A stretch of DNA of 64,000 bases from contig CAVXXK010000005.1 of assembly GCA_963765675.1 (NCBI GenBank), positions 1 through 64,000 of the forward strand. Reading direction: 5' to 3'. Every line of letters starts with the position of its first letter. The stretch's first letter is position 1. Both the position numbers and the translations under genes were made by a program. Below, in pieces: positions 51,275-64,000 of the stretch. The notes beneath the pieces are model-generated. The model ran no database searches. It worked only from the letters and a program-made list of their open reading frames with translations, and was not told where the DNA came from. The DNA is from an uncultured delta proteobacterium (GTDB lineage Bacteria; Desulfobacterota; Binatia; Binatales; Binataceae).

Positions 51275-51842
51275 GAAATTTTCTCCCTCAGCATAATCTG
51301 GCGTTAACAGATTCCTCTACGATCGCAGCCATAGCAACAAAGCCCCCCGGAATCTCGCGCTCAAGGCGTGGGCACCGGCCGGGTATCCAGGTTGGACGAG
51401 ACACGCCGGTTGAGGATCGTTCGGGCTCGAACCGGCGATCGAATACTGCCCGTATTCTCGATTTCGGCAGAACCAGGTCTGCGCCTCCACAAAGACACGA
51501 CCGCGGTCAGCACGGCGAGGAGGCCCACTGAAACCAAGAGAGGATTCGAGTGCAGCGCTCCAGTGCCGCCGGTTGTTCCTCGCTAACTATGCGAAACTAT
51601 TGACTTTATTTCCAAATTTATGCATAAAATGTGTAAATGTGTGTCTAGAATTTGAAAAGCGGTTCTATGGCACTAAGAACGGATTAAACTATGATTTTGA
51701 GTGTCAAGTCCACGCCGAACATCGCATTTGCATATCGTCTGACCCGATGCGAATCTGATCGGCATTCAAATTGGAAATTCCGATCTGGTTAGTGCTGGTT
51801 TACCCGGGGAAGAAGAAAGTGGGCAGGTACGGAGAAAAATCA

Positions 51843-53628
51843 ATGACCTCGGCCATTGCGCCCCCCACCATGGTTCCCACGCCTTCGAATCGCAAGGCAG
51901 AGCGGGCTTATAGGATAGCGGGCGGGTACCCGATTCTCGTAGGCGCTCTGCTCCTATTACTCTCCGGATTTGGCAGCAGCGCGTGTGCGCAAACCGTGGC
52001 GGTTATCAACTGGACGAATGCTCACCAGATTATCGACGGCTTTGGAGGAGCTGATACATTGGTCGGCCCGTTCACGCCGGCGCAGCAAGCCTTCTTTTTT
52101 GGGACAGGGGCAGGGCAGCTTGGACTGTCTTTACTGAGAACCCAAGTTCCCAACAATGGCGACGTTTCCGGAAATTGTTCGACGGTCAACGCAGGATGCG
52201 CCGGTCCGTACGTTAGTGATATGAAGGCGGTCATTGCGAACGGAGGAAGAGTCTATTCGTCTCCCTGGACACCGCCCGCAATCTACAAAACAAACGGGCT
52301 CGCGACCTGTACCGGCGGTGGCGGCAATGGCGCTTTGGTAACTGACGACTATGCTGCGTATGCGACCTGGCTGGCTAATTATGTCCAGAGCTTAAAAACC
52401 GAAGACAACATTACTCTCTACGCGATATCCATCCAGAATGAGCCGAATATATGCACTAACTACGATAGCTGTTACTGGACCGCGTCCGATATCGATACTT
52501 TCGTAGCGATCAATCTGGGTTCCACGTTTGCGTCGGCTGGGTTATCCACGCTGATTTTCGCGCCGGAGGGCAGCGGCTACAACGAGACGAGTTTTTTGAG
52601 TAGTACCTGTGCTGGCGATTCGTCCTGTACTCAGTACGTCGCCGGCATCAATTGGCATGACTATGATGCCAATCTTAGCGGAACAAATACAATTGCCGCG
52701 GATCCCTACCCTTCCTACTGGCCTTCGGGCAAGAAATATTGGGAAACAGAAGCCTCTTGTTATACTGGAGGTGGACCGAGCTTCTGCCAAGCCGGGGTCC
52801 ACAATGACATGGCAGATGCGCTCAATTGGGCGGCGGTGGTTGACCAGCGGATGGCCGTCGACGATGCGAATGCATGGCTTTATTGGTGGCTGATCAACAT
52901 CGGCAGCGACGATGACGAAGGTTTAGTGACCAAAGACGGCAGCATTGCAAAGCGTGCCTACATGATGGGGCAGTACAGCAAATTTGTGCGGCCCGGATAT
53001 TACCGTATAGATGCGACGCATCTTCCAGAACCTCAGGTCAGCGTCTCGGCGTACCAGAACACTGCCACTAGCACCCTGGCCATCATTGCGACCAACTACA
53101 GCGGTTCTGAAGTATCTCAGAAATTCACCATCACCAACGCTCCGGCATTTTCGAGCCTGACTCCGTGGATTACTTCCGCGAGTTTGAGTCTCGCCGAACA
53201 AGCTAGCGTACCGGTATCATCCAATTCGTTTACCTATACATTGCCTGCTGACAGCATTACGACGTTTTCCACGATCGCACCCGACGACTACTGTCGATGC
53301 CAAGCTCGAGATTTCGCCCAAGGTCTTGAAATTCGGCAAATCGGTCAAGGTCAATTCGGTCAGCAAGCCGAAGAAGGTGACGATCAAGAACGCGAGCTCG
53401 AGGAAATCCGCGATTACCGTATCCATCTCCGGTGAGACCTCGGTCGCGCCATTTGCGGTCGCCAATCAATGCATTACGTCATTGGCGCCGGGACAGAGCT
53501 GTAAAGTTCTGGTGACCTTCAGTCCTACGAATACCGCGGCACAGAGCGGGGAGTTGATCATCAATGACGACGAGCAGGGAGCGCCACAGCAGATCCCGCT
53601 GTCCGGTACCGGCAAGGCACCGAAATAA
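51843..53628 (+). CDS. Secreted GH30 glycoside hydrolase with C-terminal Ig-like ASH domain (frameshift ~53280)
   Basis: QIIDGFGG, LGLSLLR, SSPWTPP, SIQNEP (acid/base), WETE (nucleophile), GQYSKFVRPGY and TLPADSITTF. The domain in 53326-53628 reads CITSLAPGQSCKVLVTFSP..LSGTG. The start is uncertain. Confidence 0.85.
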
Positions 53629-53659
53629 CGGATGTCGCGAAAATGTGAGGCGTGAATCT

Positions 53660-54517
53660 CTAGCCGAGCTTCATCGCCTCAAAACCTCCGATCATGTCCA
53701 GTATCTCGGTAGTGACGGCCTCCTGACGCATCCGGTTCATGGTGCGACTAAGTTCCGTCGCTTTGTTGGAGATATTTTCGTGCGCCGCCTCCATTGTGCG
53801 GAATCGTGCGGCGTTCTCGCTTGCGAATGATTCCATCGCGGCTGACTCGAGGATTGCGAACATGTATTCCTCCGCCAGCTCGTCGAGGAGCCGGCGCGGC
53901 TTCATGTTCACGATAGGAGGCAGCCCGTTTTGATTTTTTTCGACGGATGGCGTTTCTAACGGCAGAAGTTTCAATCTGACAAGCTCGGCGTGCTGACCAG
54001 CTGCTTCGCGAGTGAAGATCGCTTCGACGCTCGTAAGCGTTCCAGCGATGAACATCCGGTATAGCTCGGCCGCCACCCGGCGGGCCGTCGCGGTGACGCC
54101 CCCGCTATAAGTGGCCATAGGAAGTATCAGCGCGGGTACGAGTCCGCACTCGGAGGCACGCTGCGCTCCGCGGGTCCCGACGAAGATCAACCGGAGATTC
54201 GGCTCGGTCCGGGACGCGTTTATGGCGGCACGGATGACGGACTCGTTGAAGGCGCCGCAAAATCCATGCTCCGAGCAGAAAACGACGAGGCCGGGCTTCA
54301 GCACACTGCTGATGACCGAGGCAACATCTTTGTCTGGGACCAAAATCGCTGCCTCGCCAACTGCACTGCGGATTATGATGGAGTAATCGCGAATCGCATC
54401 GAGCGAGCGCTGGCTCTGCTGCATCTGCACCGCGGCCATCGCACGGAGTGCCGCGACTATCTCAAGCAACTCCTTGAGCGAGGCGATTTGCGTGGCGATG
54501 TCCTGTGCTCGTGCCAT
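53660..54517 (-). CDS. atpG: N-type ATPase gamma subunit
   Basis: SEHGFCGAFN, ASENAARFRTM and RQEAVTTEI. Confidence 0.92.
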   Translation of the reverse strand: MARAQDIATQIASLKELLEIVAALRAMAAVQMQQSQRSLDAIRDYSIIIRSAVGEAAILVPDKDVASVISSVLKPGLVVFCSEHGFCGAFNESVIRAAINASRTEPNLRLIFVGTRGAQRASECGLVPALILPMATYSGGVTATARRVAAELYRMFIAGTLTSVEAIFTREAAGQHAELVRLKLLPLETPSVEKNQNGLPPIVNMKPRRLLDELAEEYMFAILESAAMESFASENAARFRTMEAAHENISNKATELSRTMNRMRQEAVTTEILDMIGGFEAMKLG

Positions 54518-54524
54518 CGTAGTG

Positions 54525-56084
54525 TCATTTTGTGGGAGCCTGCGTGATAGCGGAGCCGCCCAGATGCGCGATCAATTCCGCCATCAGACATCGCAGAGCC
54601 ACATGTGTATCGTCGTCGAGTTCACCGGTCGATTTAATCCGTTCAATCAGCGCAGCATTTGTTTCGCCAAGCTTTTGCGCAAGCGAGTTGCGGAGTTCGG
54701 TCACCTTATTCAAGGGCAACGGATCGAGCATCGCCTCGTTGAGGGCCAGAAGCAGCGCAACTTGATGAGGCATCGCCAACCCCGAGAATTGCGGCTGTGT
54801 CAGGACGGCGCGGATCCGGCGGCCGTGTTCAATGATGCGGCGCGTACGCTCGTCAACCATACCGCCGAAGCGCGTGAAAATCTCCAGTTCGAGAAACTGC
54901 GTATACTCAAGGCGCAGGTTCTCCGCCAGCTTGCGCAAGGCCGGGGCCTGGGTTTTGCCGCCCACGCGCGACACGCTTTTTCCGACATTGATGGCAGGCT
55001 TCTGGCCCTCCTGAAAAAGCCGGGGCTCGAGAACGATCTGCCCGTCGGTAATCGAAATCAGATTGGTCGGAATGTACGCCGAGATGTTGCCCTCTTCGAT
55101 CGCGGCAATCGGGAGCGCCGTGAGCGAACCGCCACCGCGCTCGTGGCTCAACTTCGCCGCGCGTTCGAGCAGGCGGGAATGGATATAGAAGATGTCTCCC
55201 GGGTAAGCTTCCCGTCCGGGCGGATTCCGTAACAGCAGCGAGAGCTGCCGATAAATGACGGCGTGGCTGGTGAGATCGTCGATAACGAGCAGCGCATCGC
55301 CGCCGCGTTCGCTGAAATACTCCGCCATCGTGCAGGCAGCATACGGCGCGAGCCATTGCAGCCCCGGAGGATCATCCGATGCGGCGATCACGAAGATGCA
55401 TCGCTCAGGCGCACCGTAACCTTTGACCGCTTCGATTACCTGAGTGACGGAAGAGATCTTCTGCCCGACCGCGCAGTATACGCATATAACGCCCGAGTCG
55501 CGCTGATTGACGATCGTATCGAGGGCGATCGCGGTCTTGCCGGTCTCGCGGTCGCCGATGATCAGCTCGCGCTGGCCCCGTCCAAGCGCGAGCATGGAAT
55601 CGATCACCACCAGCCCGGTCTGGAGCGCCTGGCTCACGAGGTCGCGCTCGATGATGCCCGGGGCGGCCCTTTCGACCGGTTCGAAATTTTTGAGCTTTAG
55701 TTCCGCGCCGCCGTCAAGCGGAATACCGAGTGGATTAACCACGCGCCCCAGCAGCATCTCTCCAACCGGCACTCTGGCGACCGCTCGAGTTCCGCGAACG
55801 CGATTGCCCGCCGCGATTCCTTCCGCCGGGCCGAGCATGGCACAACCGATTAGATCGCGATCCAGCGCGAGCGCCATCCCCGTTACAGGTTGGCCGCCGT
55901 CTTTTCGTTCGAACAGCAGCAACTCATTGAGTCGCGTCGTTGGCAGGCCGGATACCGTCGCAACCTCGTCGCCGATGCTCTCGACGCACCCGAGCAGATC
56001 GACCGTTGGCGCGGGAATGAGATTCTCAACGCGCCGCGCGGCTTCATCCAACCGTTGCCTCACATTCTCAGACAGCGTGCTCAT
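54525..56084 (-). CDS. atpA: N-type ATPase alpha subunit
   Basis: GRGQRELIIGDRETGKT, PPGREAYPGD and PTNLISITDGQI. Confidence 0.95.
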   Translation of the reverse strand: MSTLSENVRQRLDEAARRVENLIPAPTVDLLGCVESIGDEVATVSGLPTTRLNELLLFERKDGGQPVTGMALALDRDLIGCAMLGPAEGIAAGNRVRGTRAVARVPVGEMLLGRVVNPLGIPLDGGAELKLKNFEPVERAAPGIIERDLVSQALQTGLVVIDSMLALGRGQRELIIGDRETGKTAIALDTIVNQRDSGVICVYCAVGQKISSVTQVIEAVKGYGAPERCIFVIAASDDPPGLQWLAPYAACTMAEYFSERGGDALLVIDDLTSHAVIYRQLSLLLRNPPGREAYPGDIFYIHSRLLERAAKLSHERGGGSLTALPIAAIEEGNISAYIPTNLISITDGQIVLEPRLFQEGQKPAINVGKSVSRVGGKTQAPALRKLAENLRLEYTQFLELEIFTRFGGMVDERTRRIIEHGRRIRAVLTQPQFSGLAMPHQVALLLALNEAMLDPLPLNKVTELRNSLAQKLGETNAALIERIKSTGELDDDTHVALRCLMAELIAHLGGSAITQAPTK

Positions 56085-56823
56085 TACGAATCAATTCCCG
56101 TTGCGCGTCGGCTAAAGCGTCGCGCCAACTGAAATGCAGAACCGCATGAGGAAACTTCAGCTCCGCGCCGGCAATCAGATCCTTGTCAGTGGCAAACGTG
56201 ATTTGCGAATGCCCGAGTCGTTCACTCAGTGCCGCGCGCCATTTGGACTCACCCGCTGGGCTCAGCGGATATGCGGTCGTCACGATCAGTTGCGCGCCGT
56301 CGCGTCCGAACTCGCTGGCAAACGCTGCGCGGTCAGCCGCCGCCAGATGGTCCAGATGATCAAGCACGCGTTCCAGGAATAGTTCGTCGAGACCCGGCGC
56401 AAAGAACTGCTGCAAGAGTCGTTGCGCGAGTCCGACGGCAATTTGTATCGAGCGTTCGAACAGTTCACGCGACGCGGTGTCCCGTTCTTCCTCCACCCGC
56501 TTGGAGGCGGCAGCTTTCAGCTTCTCGATGTCGGTGCGCGCCGCTTCGATCAAATTCGCACGTTCGGCGGCAAGCTGAGTACGTGCTTGATCGATAATGG
56601 CTTGCCGTTCGGACGCGATTTGAGCCTGGCGCGACTCGAAATCCTTACGCGCCGCTTCGGCGCTTTGGCGAGCGGTTTCCGCCTCGGACTGAACCCGAGC
56701 GATTTCCGTTTTGCGCTCGGCAACGATCGCGCCCACCGGCTTGAATAGGAAGCGCTTGAGCAGCCAGACCAGGACGAGAAAGTTAATCGCCTGCAGCGCA
56801 AATGTTGTCCAACTGAAAGACAT
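56068..56823 (-). CDS. atpF: N-type ATPase b subunit (extended b/delta-like)
   Basis: WTTFALQAINFLVLVWLLKRFLFKPV, coiled coil and C-terminal DLIAGAEL. Confidence 0.9.
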   Translation of the reverse strand: MSFSWTTFALQAINFLVLVWLLKRFLFKPVGAIVAERKTEIARVQSEAETARQSAEAARKDFESRQAQIASERQAIIDQARTQLAAERANLIEAARTDIEKLKAAASKRVEEERDTASRELFERSIQIAVGLAQRLLQQFFAPGLDELFLERVLDHLDHLAAADRAAFASEFGRDGAQLIVTTAYPLSPAGESKWRAALSERLGHSQITFATDKDLIAGAELKFPHAVLHFSWRDALADAQRELIRNEHAV

Positions 56824-57068
56824 CAGCGGACGGCGAAAGGATTGGCGAACAGCAGCAGCAATGCCACGACCAGGCAGTAAATGGCCATCGTCTCGATCAT
56901 GGCCAGGCCTACGAAGAGCGTGCGCGACAACGCACCCGCCGATTCCGGCTGCCGTGCGATACCCTCCATCGCCGCCGCAATCGCGCGCCCTTCGGCGAGG
57001 GCCGGACTGATCGAGCCGACCGCGACAGCCACCACGGCGCCAATTATGCTGATCACCTGCACGGTCAT
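56823..57068 (-). CDS. atpE: N-type ATPase c subunit
   Basis: [14 protein letters not shown] and [21 protein letters not shown]. Confidence 0.95.
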   Translation of the reverse strand: MTVQVISIIGAVVAVAVGSISPALAEGRAIAAAMEGIARQPESAGALSRTLFVGLAMIETMAIYCLVVALLLLFANPFAVR

Positions 57069-57084
57069 AACTGATCCTCCATTA

Positions 57085-57753
57085 CTACTTCTCGATTGAA
57101 CCGACTGCGCCACCGATATAGACCGCCGCCAGCACCGTGAATATGTAGGCCTGCACGAGGCCAACCAGGATTTCGAACGCCATGAACGGAATTGGCACCA
57201 GCAATCCAGCCAGCGCCACTACTATCGCGATGACGAGTTCGTCACTCATGATATTGCCGAACAGCCTCATCATCAGCGAGAACGAACGGGTGAATTCCGA
57301 GAGTATGTTGAGTGGCAGCAACAGCGGATTGGGCTTCAGATAGCCCTTGAGATAACCTCCGAGCCCATTCTGCTTCACGCCGAAAACATGCACGGAGAAA
57401 AAGACGATTACGGCCAATGCCGCCGGGGTTTCGATCACAGCGGTAGGTGCGCGAACTCCGGGCAGGACGCCCGAGAGATTAGCTACGACAAGAAACACGA
57501 ATAGCGAGCCGAGCAGCGGCACAAACGGCGCTGGGTCGCGATTGACTATTCCTCGAACCTGCTCCTCGATGGCGCCCACGAGCGTCTCAATCATCGCCTG
57601 CACGCTATTGGGTACCGCGCTCAATCGGCGCGTCGCGAGACGGCACGCGATAGCCAATACCGCTATCAGCACCCAGGTCGTGACGACAGGACCCGTAATC
57701 GGAACCGGGCCGATGCGAAACACGACCATCGCTTCGAGGGGAGAACCGATCAC
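57085..57753 (-). CDS. atpB: N-type ATPase a subunit
   Basis: [15 protein letters not shown] and [16 protein letters not shown]. Confidence 0.95.
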   Translation of the reverse strand: MIGSPLEAMVVFRIGPVPITGPVVTTWVLIAVLAIACRLATRRLSAVPNSVQAMIETLVGAIEEQVRGIVNRDPAPFVPLLGSLFVFLVVANLSGVLPGVRAPTAVIETPAALAVIVFFSVHVFGVKQNGLGGYLKGYLKPNPLLLPLNILSEFTRSFSLMMRLFGNIMSDELVIAIVVALAGLLVPIPFMAFEILVGLVQAYIFTVLAAVYIGGAVGSIEK

Positions 57754-58034
57754 GACACCCCCTCTAACACCGCAGTTTTCGTAATGATGGCGAAAATCCT
57801 CACCAACTGAAATCCGGCCAAGGCTGAAAACAATGGCGCGGCGCCTAATTCGGCAAATCCAAGGAAAACTACTGCGATGACGACGAATCGCGTCAGGTGA
57901 ATGAACGACGCAAGCCGGGTTGCGGCGTTCCTGCTATAGAGGCGAACGTTCCATTCGAGCGCGCCGAAGAATGCCGCCCCGAATGCCGCTCCCAGGATGA
58001 GACAACCCAATAGTTTCAGATCAAGGATATTCAC
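57750..58034 (-). CDS. atpR: N-ATPase AtpR subunit
   Basis: Small 3-TM protein (FFGALEWNVR, HLTRF, AGFQLVR) between atpQ and atpB, with a GTG start overlapping the upstream stop. Confidence 0.8.
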   Translation of the reverse strand: MNILDLKLLGCLILGAAFGAAFFGALEWNVRLYSRNAATRLASFIHLTRFVVIAVVFLGFAELGAAPLFSALAGFQLVRIFAIITKTAVLEGVS

Positions 58035-58339
58035 GCGTCCGCCTGCATCCTTTTCCAGACCATGTAAAAGCCCACCGCCGCACCGAGGAAGACAAGAGTT
58101 GCGCTCCAGAAAACTCCGGAGTGAAAGGTCCGGTCCAGCCATCGGCCAATGAAAGCGCCCAGTAACGTTGGACCAACTATGGTCCATCCGAACCTACCCA
58201 TCATCCCGAGGGCACGTCCGAGCGGCAGTTCGCCGGTTCGTTTCCAGTATTCGTGTCTGGCACTGATTTGATCGACAACGTTCACCAGCTTGCGTTCCTC
58301 CGGGTCGGAAGGTCCGCCACTTTTGCCATCCGGCGTCAC
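58031..58339 (-). CDS. atpQ: N-ATPase AtpQ (AtpZ/AtpI-like)
   Basis: LGMMGRFGWTIVGPTLLGAFIGRWLD. Confidence 0.85.
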   Translation of the reverse strand: MTPDGKSGGPSDPEERKLVNVVDQISARHEYWKRTGELPLGRALGMMGRFGWTIVGPTLLGAFIGRWLDRTFHSGVFWSATLVFLGAAVGFYMVWKRMQADA

Positions 58340-58764
58340 GGTTTGCGCACCAGCGGATCCCGTCGCTGCTCGCCGGGACGCAGATAGCGATAAAGCTTCT
58401 GAATCGCGGCGCGCTGCAGGCCCAAAGCTCCGAACCGCGCGGCCTGTTCCGTTTCCGCGTTTTTCTTCATGTGCGCTAGAACGACCTCGCGAAGATCTTT
58501 GAGGTTCTCGCCGAGAACGGCCTCGCGCGTCGCAACCTCCACGGAATTGCCGTTACGCGCACGAAAAACGCCGCCACGAACCGCTGCCCAACGTTCCAGG
58601 CCGGTCGCGTCACGCCAGGTCAGCACGCTGATCGCGAGTGCGGTCAGGAAATCCGCGTGTTCCTGCTGTATCCCGAACGCTCCGGTCGAATCCTCGGCGC
58701 GCACGTAGCTGACATTGTCAGCGTCCACTACGATCGCGGTGGGTGTGGTGATGACTAGTTTCAT
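58336..58764 (-). CDS. atpC: N-type ATPase epsilon subunit
   Basis: MKLVITTP, RAEDSTGAFGI..HADFLTAL. Confidence 0.88.
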   Translation of the reverse strand: MKLVITTPTAIVVDADNVSYVRAEDSTGAFGIQQEHADFLTALAISVLTWRDATGLERWAAVRGGVFRARNGNSVEVATREAVLGENLKDLREVVLAHMKKNAETEQAARFGALGLQRAAIQKLYRYLRPGEQRRDPLVRKP

Positions 58765-58774
58765 CGGGACTTTT

Positions 58775-62763
<3,989 letters not shown>

Positions 62764-62828
62764 GTATCATCAGTCTCCACGATCGATATTCAAAACCATG
62801 AATTGAATACATTTTGATATTCCTGGCC

Positions 62829-62844
62829 AGCAATCCGTATGCCG
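62829..62844 (-). promoter_or_regulatory. Sigma54-type -24/-12 promoter for the glgP-atp operon
   Basis: The minus strand reads CGGCATACGGATTGCT: GG-N10-GC with TTGCT. Confidence 0.6.
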
Positions 62845-63030
62845 CCATCCTTGCAACGATTTGCATATCGCATAGCCCGATTTCTCACCATCACGCGCCG
62901 GTCAAGATAAATCGGCGCTCTTGCCGAGAATGTATCCGAACGCGCCATAACGCGGATTGACTGATTCCAATCGAGACGCTTGGATCGGCGGTAGTCCGGG
63001 AATCTAAGCATCCGGGGATCAGGACTGGCG

Positions 63031-63046
63031 TGGCAACCTAATTGCT
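63031..63046 (+). promoter_or_regulatory. Sigma54-type -24/-12 promoter for the cytochrome c gene
   Basis: TGGCAACCTAATTGCT: GG-N10-GC, close to the TGGCAC-N5-TTGCW consensus. Confidence 0.65.
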
Positions 63047-63136
63047 CGTTGTTGAAACGATTTACGATGATTCGAATCGCAGGACTCAATCGCCGGGAGA
63101 ACCAAGGCATGACGAAGCAGAATTTCAACTCGCCTG

Positions 63137-63574
63137 GTGCGCGGTCGCGACTTGGTAGCCGCGATCCGCATATGCGCGCCTGGCGCTATCGGCATAGCTG
63201 CGATGCTCACATTGGCGACCGGTACGGTGAGCGCCACTGAGCCTCCCGGGAAAGCCGATTATCAGCGTTACTGTGCCGATTGCCACGGCCAAGACGCGAA
63301 AGGAAATGGACAGCTCAAGACAATGGTTCCGATGACGCCGCCGCCGAGCGACCTGACCTTGCTCGCGAGCGAGCACGGCGGAAAGTTTCCATTCGATGAA
63401 GTGGTAAATGCGATCGATGGGCGAAAGGCGATTCCTTCACACGCACGTATCCAGATGCCTTTCTGGGGCGTAACCCTTCAAAAACCCGGCGAGGAATTCA
63501 CACCTCCGAGCGATGCCGAAGTAAAACGCAGGATCGATGCGATGGCAACATACATAGAAAGCCTCCAACGATGA
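63137..63574 (+). CDS. Periplasmic c-type cytochrome
   Basis: Signal peptide, CADCHG..AKGNG, PSDLT, IDGR and MPFWG axial Met. The start is uncertain. Confidence 0.88.
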   Translation: MRGRDLVAAIRICAPGAIGIAAMLTLATGTVSATEPPGKADYQRYCADCHGQDAKGNGQLKTMVPMTPPPSDLTLLASEHGGKFPFDEVVNAIDGRKAIPSHARIQMPFWGVTLQKPGEEFTPPSDAEVKRRIDAMATYIESLQR

Positions 63575-63662
63575 GTATTGCGTCGCGAAGGCGGCAAGAT
63601 TGGCATCCGTCAAGTTTCCGGGGCTTTTTCTTTGCAATAGTTCATCGAGTGCCAGACTTCCT

Positions 63663-64000
63663 TTATTTCGCAGCCGTAGATCGCGCGCCGATTCGACCTC
63701 GAGACACCGCCAAAAAAACCTCGGCGACCTGATCGCGTAGCTGCCAATTAACTCCGCCACGAAGCGGCCGTCCCGCCTCATACGCCAGATCGTCCAGCGA
63801 GAGGACTCCAACGAGTTTGCCGTCCGGCCCAATCACCGGCAGGCGGCGAACATGCTTCTGGCCCATCAGCCGCATCGCGTAGTCGAGTTCATCGCTGACC
63901 TGGCAGCAAACAACTTCGCGAGCCATCGCGGCTTCGACCGTGATTGCGTGTATGGGCTTGCCTTGAGTGTAGGCGGCCATGCAGATGTCTCGATCGGTTA
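63663..64000 (-). CDS. CBS domain protein (5' end outside window)
   Basis: TDRDICMAAY and VRRLPVI..GKLVGVLSLDDLA. Confidence 0.85.
   Translation of the reverse strand, partial: TDRDICMAAYTQGKPIHAITVEAAMAREVVCCQVSDELDYAMRLMGQKHVRRLPVIGPDGKLVGVLSLDDLAYEAGRPLRGGVNWQLRDQVAEVFLAVSRGRIGARSTAAK

Overview
GC-rich bacterial DNA with many single-base frameshifts in otherwise intact genes, probably long-read indels. The gene repertoire loosely suggests a soil lineage such as Binatota, but this is inference only. (1) 1-3231 is the right end of an integrative element: trbF-trbG-trbI followed by a 63-bp 3' fragment of tRNA-Ser(GCT), read as an att site. (2) 3565-24758 is a ~21-kb hybrid NRPS-PKS cluster: Crp regulator, CmlA-like diiron beta-hydroxylase, A-T loading module, KS-AT-ACP-aminotransferase-C-A(Gly)-T, C-C-A(degenerate)-T-TE, methyltransferase, sulfotransferase and JmjC oxygenase. 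This is the best candidate for an undescribed system. (3) 25.3-51.3 kb holds redox, lipid and aromatic catabolism genes, a DUF2844/DUF3443 pair, ppa and an Fpg-family glycosylase. It also has a palindromic intergenic repeat family, one copy of which carries a nested MITE with a target-site duplication. (4) 51.8-64 kb holds a secreted GH30, a glgP + N-type ATPase operon (atpDCQRBEFAG) and a cytochrome c, with back-to-back sigma54-type promoters, then a partial CBS protein.
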